Source: an uncultured Lachnospiraceae bacterium
Lineage (GTDB): Bacteria; Bacillota; Clostridia; Lachnospirales; Lachnospiraceae
Direction: 5' to 3'
DNA length: 34,933 bases
NCBI GenBank assembly: GCA_946633495.1
Contig: CAMPAX010000001.1
Coordinates: 1-34,933 of the forward strand
Shown: in pieces, positions 26,694-34,933 of the stretch
How the letters are laid out: each line of letters starts with the position of its first letter
Position numbering within the stretch: the stretch's first letter is position 1
The notes under the pieces: generated by a model
Database searches by the model: none
The model's input: only the letters and a program-made list of their open reading frames with translations
What the model was told of the DNA's origin: nothing
Program-made: the position numbers and the translations under genes

Positions 26694-29345
26694 ATGGCGA
26701 GGACAAAAGAACAAAAAAAAGCGATGAAGGAGCTGAACCTGAAGAAGCAGCGAAAGAAGGTCGGCAAATGGGTACTCTGGGTTATCCTGGGAGTGCTGGT
26801 CATCTTCGGGGCTTACATGGCTTACTACCTGATCCGCTATAATTTCTATAATCATTATAAGGATTATCTGACGGACTATGAGATGCCGACCGGCGGTGAG
26901 TTTAAGGCACTTTCGGATGCTTCTCCTTCCGTTGATGGTTTCAGTCTTGCCGCGGAAACGGATGCGCTGAAGCTGTACGTGAAGACATCCGACGGGTCCA
27001 TCGCAGTTTATGACAAGCGGAACGGGGAGACTATTTATTCAAATCCTCCGGGGGCAGATGAAGACAGTATCGTCAATCAGTCCAACCGCAACAATATGAA
27101 GAGCCAGCTGATCCTGGATTACTACAATACACAGCGGATCGAGAACACCTTTGATTCCTTCAGTCAGGCAGTGGCTTATGATCAGATCAAGGCCGAGAGT
27201 ATCGAAAACGGTGTCCGTATCACGTATACCTTTGGTGATACCACCGCATCCACCGGTATCGTGCCTATTTACATCCGGCAGGAATCTCTGGACCGCATAC
27301 TGACGCAGCTGGAGAATGATGGCAAGAAGGATGCGGCCAAGTACACGAAGAAGAAGTTTATCAAGAGCGATCTCGGGGATGACATTCTGGTCATGCTGAG
27401 CAATACCCAGAAGGGTGTGGCAGAGCTTCGCCGGCTGAACGAGTACTTCGAAAGCGTAGGCTGGACCAAGGATGATTATGCGCGTGAGATGGAGGTTGCC
27501 GAGGGCGAAGTGGAGGAGAACATCTCCTTTACGGTGCCTCTGGATTATACCCTGAAGGATGATTATCTCGAGGCCACGGTCTACATGAAGGGCGTGTCGG
27601 AGAGCGGCGGAGGCGCCATTCACAACATCCAGATGCTGAACTTCTTCGGCGCGGCAGGTAAGGATGAGAAGGGTTACATGCTTCTCCCCAACGGTTCCGG
27701 GTCCATCGTTTACTTTAATAACGGTAAGAGCAAAATGCAGTCCGGAAATGATTATTCCGAATACATTTACGGGATCGATCCCATGGTGGCGGATTACACC
27801 GTCCGTGAGATCGCGGAGAACTCCAAGCTGGCACTTTTCGGGATTTTCCGGGAGAAATCCGGAATCCTGGCAACCATCGAAGCCGGTGCGTCTCTTGCGA
27901 ATGTTTCCGCAGGCGTGGCCGGGGATATCAATGAATATAATAACGTATATACGACCTTTACGGTCCGTGGAAATGATACTCTGGCAATGTTCGGCACCAC
28001 CGGTTCCGAAGCAAACCTTCCCATCGTGGAGAAGACCTTCTATGACTGCCCTCTTACCATGCGGTACACCTTCCTGACGGAGGAGAACAACGGTTATGCA
28101 GGTGCGGCAGCTTACTATCGCAGCAGGCTGATCAGGGAGGGACGTCTTAAGGTCAAAGAGCAGGAGACAGGAGATATCAAGCTGTATTACGACCTGATCA
28201 ACGGTGTGGAGGAAGAAAAGTCCTTCCTGGGAGTGAAGTATCGCGGACTTGTGGCGATGACCACATTTGAAGAATCAGGGGAGATTGCCAAAGCATTGGA
28301 AGAGGCCGGCGTTACACGCCAGGTTATGAACCTGCAGGGCTGGTCCGGCGGCGGTTATTATCACGATACGCTGGGGAAGATCAAGGTCCCCGGAAAGTTA
28401 GGCGGTAAGTCGGATCTCGAGGAACTGACGGAAACCGTGCAGGGGCTTGGCGGATCGGTATATGTAGACTGTGCGTTCCAGAAGGTATCGGATGTCAGCA
28501 GCCGTTACTCCGCAGCCAATGAGAGCTCCAGATATTACGGAACCGGTTATGTGGGCGAGTTCGGCGAGGTCAGCCCCATAAATCTCCGGCAGACTGCAAG
28601 CCTCGGTTACAATGAGAATATCTACTATCTGATCTCTCCGAAGTTCCTGGTTCGTTATACCGAAGGCTTCACGGACAGGATCGATGATTACAACGTGACA
28701 GGCATCTCCCTTCGGGATCTGGGCAACGTGCTGCAGTCCGACAAGAGGCGTACCAACGTGATCACCCGGGAGCAGGCCCTTCAGATCGTGAAGACAGAGC
28801 TCGGTAAGATGAAGGAAACCGGCAAGCAGATCATGGTGAATAACGGAAATGATTATTCCTTCGAGTACGCAGACGATATCCTGAATGCACCGCTGTCCGA
28901 CAATGATTATTATGTGATCGACGCCTCCATTCCGTTCTATCAGATGCTGATCCACGGAAGTATTGATTACTGCGGCAGCGTGATCAATCTCGGTAATACG
29001 ACAGATACAAAGGAGATCGTCCTGACACTGATCGAGACGGGAGCCTCCCCGCATTTCGTCTTCACCGAGGAAGAAGCAACAGAGATGAAGATGACGGGTC
29101 TCAACAAGATGTATTCCACGTCCTTTGATGTCTGGAAGGACACAGCCGTTTCGGTTTGGAAGGAGACCAATGAAGCACTCTCCAGGGTGAGCGGTGCGAC
29201 CATGACAGACTATCAGCAACTCCAGGACGGTGTGTCCGTCACGACCTACGGAAATGGCATAAAGATCTATGTGAATCATACGGAGCAGAGCGTGAGCGTA
29301 GACGGCGTAACGGTGGAACCGAAGAGCTACGCAATCGGAGGGTGA
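26694..29345 (+). CDS. DUF5696-like large membrane-anchored extracellular protein
   Basis: N-terminal TM, GYMLLPNGSG, QGWSGGG, LGGKSDL, IPFYQMLIHGSIDY; canonical position after Yip1. Confidence 0.75.
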   Translation: MARTKEQKKAMKELNLKKQRKKVGKWVLWVILGVLVIFGAYMAYYLIRYNFYNHYKDYLTDYEMPTGGEFKALSDASPSVDGFSLAAETDALKLYVKTSDGSIAVYDKRNGETIYSNPPGADEDSIVNQSNRNNMKSQLILDYYNTQRIENTFDSFSQAVAYDQIKAESIENGVRITYTFGDTTASTGIVPIYIRQESLDRILTQLENDGKKDAAKYTKKKFIKSDLGDDILVMLSNTQKGVAELRRLNEYFESVGWTKDDYAREMEVAEGEVEENISFTVPLDYTLKDDYLEATVYMKGVSESGGGAIHNIQMLNFFGAAGKDEKGYMLLPNGSGSIVYFNNGKSKMQSGNDYSEYIYGIDPMVADYTVREIAENSKLALFGIFREKSGILATIEAGASLANVSAGVAGDINEYNNVYTTFTVRGNDTLAMFGTTGSEANLPIVEKTFYDCPLTMRYTFLTEENNGYAGAAAYYRSRLIREGRLKVKEQETGDIKLYYDLINGVEEEKSFLGVKYRGLVAMTTFEESGEIAKALEEAGVTRQVMNLQGWSGGGYYHDTLGKIKVPGKLGGKSDLEELTETVQGLGGSVYVDCAFQKVSDVSSRYSAANESSRYYGTGYVGEFGEVSPINLRQTASLGYNENIYYLISPKFLVRYTEGFTDRIDDYNVTGISLRDLGNVLQSDKRRTNVITREQALQIVKTELGKMKETGKQIMVNNGNDYSFEYADDILNAPLSDNDYYVIDASIPFYQMLIHGSIDYCGSVINLGNTTDTKEIVLTLIETGASPHFVFTEEEATEMKMTGLNKMYSTSFDVWKDTAVSVWKETNEALSRVSGATMTDYQQLQDGVSVTTYGNGIKIYVNHTEQSVSVDGVTVEPKSYAIGG

Positions 29346-29346
29346 T

Positions 29347-30270
29347 ATGGGAGAGAAGAAGAAAAAACAGAAGATGACTCTGGCCCGTAAGCGCTCCATG
29401 AAGGGCTTTCTGTTCATCGTTCCGTGGCTGATCGGATTCCTGGCGTTCTATCTCAGGAGTCTGTTCATGACGGTGCAGTTCTCTTTGTCGGATCTGACCG
29501 TCAATAACGGCGGCGGCTATACCCTGGATTTTGTGGGATTGGATAACTTCCTTTTCGCTTTCCGGGGACACGGAACCTTTAAGCAGATCCTGACATCTTC
29601 CGTGGGAGATATGCTGATCGACGTTCCGCTCATCACCTTCTTCAGCCTGATGATCGCCATGCTTCTGAACCGGAAGTTTAAGGGAAGAACCCTGATGCGC
29701 GCCATCTTTTTCCTGCCGGTCATCCTGAATTCGGAAGCCATCCTGGCTGCCATGAAGGTATCCGCCAGCATGATGATGGGCGGTCTCTCCTCTGCGGGTG
29801 CGGAGGTTGCGGAAGCTGCCAGCTCCGGAGTGAGCGTGGAATACTACGTGCAGATGTTCAGTTCTCTGGGTCTGCCCATGGGACTCATCGAGTATGTAGT
29901 CGGTGCGGTAGGACGAATCAGTGACATCATCAATGCATCCGGCGTGCAGATCATCATTTTCATCGCGGCACTGCAGTCCATCCCAAGCTCCATGTACGAG
30001 GTGGCGAAGATCGAGGGCGCAACGGCTTATGAGACATTCTGGAAGGTAACCTTCCCCATGGTGATGCCGCATATCATTACGGTTGTGGTTTATACCGTGG
30101 TGGACAGTTTTGTAAACTCGGAGGTTGTAAACCTGGCATACAATACGGCGTTCTCGGAGAAGAACTACGGACTGAGTTCCACCTTCTCCCTGATCTCAAC
30201 ACTAATTACTTGTGCAATTCTTGCCTTAGTTGTCAGGTTTATTCAGAAACGAACGTTCTACTATAATTGA
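29347..30270 (+). CDS. Carbohydrate ABC permease (second MalF-like)
   Basis: FIVPWLIGF, RAIFFLPVI, LQSIPSSMYEVAKIEGAT. Confidence 0.92.
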   Translation: MGEKKKKQKMTLARKRSMKGFLFIVPWLIGFLAFYLRSLFMTVQFSLSDLTVNNGGGYTLDFVGLDNFLFAFRGHGTFKQILTSSVGDMLIDVPLITFFSLMIAMLLNRKFKGRTLMRAIFFLPVILNSEAILAAMKVSASMMMGGLSSAGAEVAEAASSGVSVEYYVQMFSSLGLPMGLIEYVVGAVGRISDIINASGVQIIIFIAALQSIPSSMYEVAKIEGATAYETFWKVTFPMVMPHIITVVVYTVVDSFVNSEVVNLAYNTAFSEKNYGLSSTFSLISTLITCAILALVVRFIQKRTFYYN

Positions 30271-30292
30271 TGGAAGGAGGTGACCCCGGCAT

Positions 30293-31327
30293 ATGGATAA
30301 GGCTGCAGAAGTGACAAAGAAGAAAACAGCCGAGGCAGAAGCGGATGAGCTGGTAGCCGTGAATCCGAAGGGATTTCATCTCCGGAACATGGACATCAAC
30401 ACGAAGAGCAAGATCACGGATGGCGTTAAGGGATTTATCCTGGGGCTGTTCCGCTGGGTGGTTCTGATCGGTGTGGCATACGTGATCATCGGTCCGGTGC
30501 TGGGTATCATAGCCAGGTCCTTCTTCTCTGACGCGGATAACTACAACACCATGGTGTATATGATCCCTCAGAGTCCCACGATGGAACGGTACGAGGTTGC
30601 ATGGAAGACACTGAACTATACGCAGACCTCCATCAGCACCATTCTGTACTCCCTGTCTCTGATGCTGATCCAGGTGTTTATGTGTTCCATGGTCGGTTAT
30701 GGATTTGCGCGGTATGATTTCCCGCTGAAAAAAGTGCTCTTTGCATTTGTGGTAGTCATGATCGTCATTCCGACCCATACCATCATGCTCCCGCTGTATA
30801 TGACATTTGCGAATTTTGATGTATTCGGGATCCTGTCGCTGATCCTGGGGAAGGCGCCGAACCTTTTGGGAACGGTCTGGCCCATGTACATCATGACCTT
30901 CCTGGCCTGCGGACTCCGGTCGGGACTGTATATCTACATCTTTAACCAGTTCTTCCGGGGACTCCCGAAAGAGATCGAAGAAGCAGCATATGTGGACGGC
31001 TGCGGCGTGTGGTACACCTATTTCCGGATCATGCTGAGAAATGCAACTCCGGCCGCCATCACCGTATCCATCTTCTCGCTGGTATGGCAGTACAATGACA
31101 CCTTCTATGCGAAGCTGTTCAACATCAGTGATTCGATCCTTTTGTCGAAGCGAGTCGCGACCCTGGCAGCCAATGTGGGAAATGTTTACAGGATCTACGA
31201 TCCGAATATTCTTCAGCTGTACATGGATGCGGGTATCGTCCTCGTTATGCTCCCGCTGGTGATCATTTACGTGATCCTGCAGAAGCAGTTCATCGAAGGT
31301 GTGGAACGGTCAGGTATCGTCGGATAG
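30293..31327 (+). CDS. Carbohydrate ABC permease (second MalG-like)
   Basis: GYGFARYDFP, QFFRGLPKEIEEAAYVDG, QKQFIEGVERSGIVG. Confidence 0.92.
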   Translation: MDKAAEVTKKKTAEAEADELVAVNPKGFHLRNMDINTKSKITDGVKGFILGLFRWVVLIGVAYVIIGPVLGIIARSFFSDADNYNTMVYMIPQSPTMERYEVAWKTLNYTQTSISTILYSLSLMLIQVFMCSMVGYGFARYDFPLKKVLFAFVVVMIVIPTHTIMLPLYMTFANFDVFGILSLILGKAPNLLGTVWPMYIMTFLACGLRSGLYIYIFNQFFRGLPKEIEEAAYVDGCGVWYTYFRIMLRNATPAAITVSIFSLVWQYNDTFYAKLFNISDSILLSKRVATLAANVGNVYRIYDPNILQLYMDAGIVLVMLPLVIIYVILQKQFIEGVERSGIVG

Positions 31328-31411
31328 GGAATTATTATCAACGAATAATAAATGTGGAAACATTATTTATTATATTAACAAACGAAATCACTTTAAGAGG
31401 AGGAATGAGAA

Positions 31412-33319
31412 GTGAAGAAGAAGCAACTTGCAACTATCGTTCTGGCATCCGCCATGATGGTATCTTCCCTTGCTGCATGCGGTAACTCTTCCGATGGCAC
31501 AACAGCGTCATCCGGCGGAGAGGCTACCACTGCTGCTCCTGCGGCATCTACGGAAGCAACCACAGCTGAACCGGATACCACAGCACCGGAGCCGGAGAAG
31601 GAAGCGACCCCGAGTGTTGATTTTGAAGACGGCAAGTCAGCGTTTGCCGTAGTAGCAACCAATGTCGGCGGCGCAGATAAGTCTGTGCTTTCTGTAGTGG
31701 ACTTTAATGGTTCCAAGGCACTGAAGGTAGAGAATGCCGAAGGCGGCAAGATGTTCGTAGCGATCAATGTCAGCGCACTCCTGGGTGATAAGGTTGCTGA
31801 TCTGGCTGAGATCCGCATGAATCTCGGCACACAGAACAAAGACAAGTTCGCTGCATCCAGTGGTACTCTGTACTGCTATGTAGGCGATGACAACCATGAG
31901 TATAAGGCAGGCAACTGGTCCGTATACATCGAGAGCGCAAATCCGAAGACAGCAAAGTTTGATGTAAAGGATGCCGGTTTTGTTGCAGGAAAGGATAACT
32001 ACATCATCCTCTCCAAGGAGACAGATAATTCCAAGACGACTCCGTCTGATCTGCTTATCGACAATATTGCATTCCTGAATGCAGCCGGAGAAACAATCAC
32101 AGCAGATTCTTCAGCTGAGTTCGGTTCACCGGCAGGATTTACATCCTCCAGTGATACCGCAAATCTCTTCGGCCTGTTGAAGCCGGTGAACTGGGAAGGC
32201 TTCGCAACGAAGGGTGACGGCTGGGCACAGGCAGGTGTTGCCATGACGGATGAGATCAAGGCAGCGCTGGTACCGGGTTCCGTGATCGAGATCAAGTTCA
32301 AGGCTGAGACCGGTCATCTGTGGGTAGTCATGAATGAGGCAGAGGTTGGCTGGAGCCGTGTAGGCGTCGGTGACTGGGATGGTTCCGGTCAGCAGTATGC
32401 ATATATCAACAACGCACAGGATACCTGCCAGATCACTTATGAGCAGATCGCAGCGGTTTGCGGCGATGATATCACCAAGTGGGGCTCCATGATCCAGTGT
32501 GAGTCTGACGGCGCATGGGAGGTTTCCTCCGTACGTGTAGGTCAGGCAGTAGATAACCCGGCGATCACTCATGCAGTGAACTGGGAAGGCTATACAGCTA
32601 AGGCTGATGCATGGGCACAGGCAGGCGTTGCCATGACGGATGAGATCAAGGCAGCTCTGGTTCCGGGCTCTCTGGTAGAAGTGAGCTACAAGTCCGAATC
32701 CGGAAATATATGGCTGGTTATGAATGAGGCTGAGGTTGGCTGGACACGCGTAGGTGTCGGTGACGCTGATGGTTCCGGAAACGGCTACATCGTAGCAAAC
32801 GGAAGCAAGGCTTATATCCCGTACGAGACGATCGCTCAGTATTGCGGCGATGATATCACCAAGTGGGGCTCCATGATCCAGTGTGAGTCTGACAGCCCAT
32901 GGGAAGTATACGGCATTCGTGTAGGTACAGCAGCCGGCTTTAGGGCCGAAAACAACCATATTGAGATCGGCCAGAGCACCAAGGGCGACGGCTGGGCACA
33001 GGATGGTTTTGACCTTACACCGGAAATGATCGAAGCGCTCAATCCGGGTACAGTGATCGACATCAGCTACAAGTCTGAGACTGGTGAGATCTGGGTTGTT
33101 ATGCCGGATGCAGCAGCAGGCTGGAAGCGTGTCGGCGTTGGTGACTATGACGGTTCCGGACAGGGTTATGCACTGTTTGACGGAAGCCACTGCCAGATCA
33201 GCTATGAGATGATCGCTGAGCAGTGCGGCGAGGACAAGTCAACCTGGGGTACACGCATTCAGTTCGAGGCATCTTCTCCGTGGGAAGTTAACGGTGCCTG
33301 GATCAGCAGCACAAAGTAA
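31412..33319 (+). CDS. Lipoprotein with N-terminal beta-sandwich and three tandem Trp-rich CBM-like (CBM65-like) modules; no catalytic domain seen
   Basis: Lipobox LAAC, Ala/Thr/Pro linker, three ~128-aa repeats (DGWAQ...PGSVIEI...W.RVGVGD...YEQIA..CG.D...WG); RBS GAGGAGG. Confidence 0.75.
   Translation: MKKKQLATIVLASAMMVSSLAACGNSSDGTTASSGGEATTAAPAASTEATTAEPDTTAPEPEKEATPSVDFEDGKSAFAVVATNVGGADKSVLSVVDFNGSKALKVENAEGGKMFVAINVSALLGDKVADLAEIRMNLGTQNKDKFAASSGTLYCYVGDDNHEYKAGNWSVYIESANPKTAKFDVKDAGFVAGKDNYIILSKETDNSKTTPSDLLIDNIAFLNAAGETITADSSAEFGSPAGFTSSSDTANLFGLLKPVNWEGFATKGDGWAQAGVAMTDEIKAALVPGSVIEIKFKAETGHLWVVMNEAEVGWSRVGVGDWDGSGQQYAYINNAQDTCQITYEQIAAVCGDDITKWGSMIQCESDGAWEVSSVRVGQAVDNPAITHAVNWEGYTAKADAWAQAGVAMTDEIKAALVPGSLVEVSYKSESGNIWLVMNEAEVGWTRVGVGDADGSGNGYIVANGSKAYIPYETIAQYCGDDITKWGSMIQCESDSPWEVYGIRVGTAAGFRAENNHIEIGQSTKGDGWAQDGFDLTPEMIEALNPGTVIDISYKSETGEIWVVMPDAAAGWKRVGVGDYDGSGQGYALFDGSHCQISYEMIAEQCGEDKSTWGTRIQFEASSPWEVNGAWISSTK
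32186..33310 (+). repeat. Three intragenic direct repeats, period about 381-390 bp
   Basis: GTGAACTGGGAAGGC at 32186 and 32576; 52-bp identical block at 32458-32509 and 32842-32893; third copy aligned at 32981. Confidence 0.9.
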
Positions 33320-33356
33320 GAAGTATGATGAACGATCATAAGGAGGATACACTACA

Positions 33357-34805
33357 ATGAAGAAATTCAAGAAACTGACAGCCTTTGCGCTGACAGCCGC
33401 TATGGCACTCAGCATGGCAGCATGCGGTTCCGGTTCTGACGGAACAACCGCATCCTCAGGTGGAGATACAAGTGCACCCGGCGGAGACACATCCGCCAGC
33501 AGCGAGCAGAGTACAAGCGGTGGCTCTGAATCCAAGCTCCCGAAGCATGAGGGCAGCGAGCCCCGTACCATCCGCATCGGTACATGGTATGACATTTACT
33601 ATGACAGCACACATAAGGACATCCATGATGACCCGTCTGTATCCGATGAGGAGCTGGCTCAGATGATGTTCGACAACCTGAAGCGCGTTGAGGAGAAGTA
33701 CAACGTACGTATCGAGTACGTGAACCTGACCTATGACGGAATTCAGGAGTCCATCAACACCTCCGTTCTGGCAGGTAAGCCGGACTGCGATATCTACCTT
33801 ACAGAGCCGGCATTCGGTATCCCTGCAGTTGCAAATGGATATGCAACCGATCTGTCCAAGGTTCTTCCGGCAGATGCAGATATCCTGACAGATCAGAACT
33901 ATCTGACAACCATCAATATCAACGGTCTTGAGGGAACTTACTTCATGCTGCCGGTTGGTGGAGAGTCCATTCCGGGTTCATCCTATGTTCTGTCCTTCAA
34001 CAAGAAGATGCTGGATGATGCAGGTCTTGAGAATCCGAACGCTCTTTATGAGAGAGGCGAGTGGACCTGGGAGAAGTGGAGAGAGTACCTGATGAAGCTG
34101 ACCAAGGATTCCGACGGCGACGGCGTTACAGACGTATACGGCTTCGGTTCCCGTTATGACTGGCTGTTCGAGTACCTCAACATGAGCAATGGTACCGCAG
34201 TTGCTTCCAACCAGAAAGAGAATCTGTCCAGCAAGGAAGTCGGCGAGACACTTGATTTCATCTACAACATGTACAACGTAGATCACGTAGCAAGACCGTG
34301 GAACGAGGAAGACTGGAATGATAACCAGAACGCCTATATCAACGGTGAAGTTGCATGCTGGTTCAGCCAGGCATGGATCGTAGACTCCAACAAGGATGCT
34401 GACGCAGGTCTTGAGGAGATCTGGGTTCCGTTCCCCATCGGACCGTCCGGCAACAAGGAAACAAACGCACGTAAGAATGCAGCATCCGGTGCAGCTTACT
34501 TTATCCCGCAGGGTGTAGAAGATCCGTATCTGGTATACATGGTATTCCAGGAGTACAAGGATTACTACGGAGATGACTTCGAGCAGAGAGATTACGTAAA
34601 TGACTGGTGGCACAACAACGCTCTGACCGAGGACAACTACAACGTAATGTACTATTGCGGCGAGAAGACCGGTATCGACCTTTGGAACGCTATGGGCGTT
34701 GACTATCAGTTCCCGCTTCTTCTGAAGGGTGAGCAGACAGCAGCACAGTTCCAGGAGACCAACAAGCAGCTTGTACAGACTGCGTTGGATAACATGTTTA
34801 AATAA
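33357..34805 (+). CDS. Family-1 sugar ABC solute-binding lipoprotein
   Basis: Lipobox MAAC, EEKYNVRIEY, FNKKML, GEWTWE, DSDGDGVTDVYG, VPFPIGP; RBS AAGGAGG. Confidence 0.9.
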   Translation: MKKFKKLTAFALTAAMALSMAACGSGSDGTTASSGGDTSAPGGDTSASSEQSTSGGSESKLPKHEGSEPRTIRIGTWYDIYYDSTHKDIHDDPSVSDEELAQMMFDNLKRVEEKYNVRIEYVNLTYDGIQESINTSVLAGKPDCDIYLTEPAFGIPAVANGYATDLSKVLPADADILTDQNYLTTININGLEGTYFMLPVGGESIPGSSYVLSFNKKMLDDAGLENPNALYERGEWTWEKWREYLMKLTKDSDGDGVTDVYGFGSRYDWLFEYLNMSNGTAVASNQKENLSSKEVGETLDFIYNMYNVDHVARPWNEEDWNDNQNAYINGEVACWFSQAWIVDSNKDADAGLEEIWVPFPIGPSGNKETNARKNAASGAAYFIPQGVEDPYLVYMVFQEYKDYYGDDFEQRDYVNDWWHNNALTEDNYNVMYYCGEKTGIDLWNAMGVDYQFPLLLKGEQTAAQFQETNKQLVQTALDNMFK

Positions 34806-34881
34806 GCCATGCACATTCGCACGATATGCTGTGCGCGAGCTTGCTCGCAGGCACAGCCATATCGATGCGGATGTATACGGC
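34806..34881. repeat. Long imperfect palindrome (REP-like/mRNA-stabilising stem-loop) directly after the SBP stop codon
   Basis: ACATTCGCA/TGCGGATGT, CGATATG/CATATCG, CTGTGC/GCACAG, GCGAG-CTTG-CTCGC. Confidence 0.75.
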
Positions 34882-34933
34882 GCAGCCGTACATCGACGGA
34901 TCCGAAGGATCCGGAGAGGTGGCATGGCGTGAA

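Noticed and set aside
32186-33310. DGR template/variable repeat pair
   Set aside because: Repeats are in-frame protein domains; differences are not adenine-restricted; no RT nearby
19210-34805. Absence of an ABC ATPase as an anomaly
   Set aside because: Firmicute CUT1 importers commonly share a distally encoded MsmX/MsmK ATPase; nothing links the VirD4-like ATPase to this role

Overview
Firmicute (Lachnospiraceae-like, by inference from protein style) chromosomal window with two parts. (1) 1-6.3 kb is an accessory block. It holds a divergent ClpP paralogue co-transcribed with a soluble, membrane-anchor-less VirD4/TraG-family ATPase, with no other conjugation genes in the window. The pair sits behind a repeat- and palindrome-rich promoter region and is followed by three orphan ORFs and a convergent ttcA-family gene with an apparent in-frame internal deletion. 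(2) 7.1-34.9 kb is a + strand beta-mannan/glucomannan utilisation locus. Catabolic and regulatory genes: phosphomannomutase, mannobiose/cellobiose 2-epimerase, GH130 mannosylglucose phosphorylase, mannose-6-P isomerase, GH113, GH5 and GH26 lipoproteins, LacI regulator, CE4 deacetylase and YesL. Transport genes: an unusually elaborate ABC-type uptake cassette (985-aa SBP, two permease pairs, NHL/TPR protein, Yip1, DUF5696-like protein), a triple-CBM-like lipoprotein and a second SBP. The best candidates for undescribed biology are the ClpP + soluble VirD4-like module and the multi-component glycan uptake machine. Family assignments come from motif recognition only; no database search was run.
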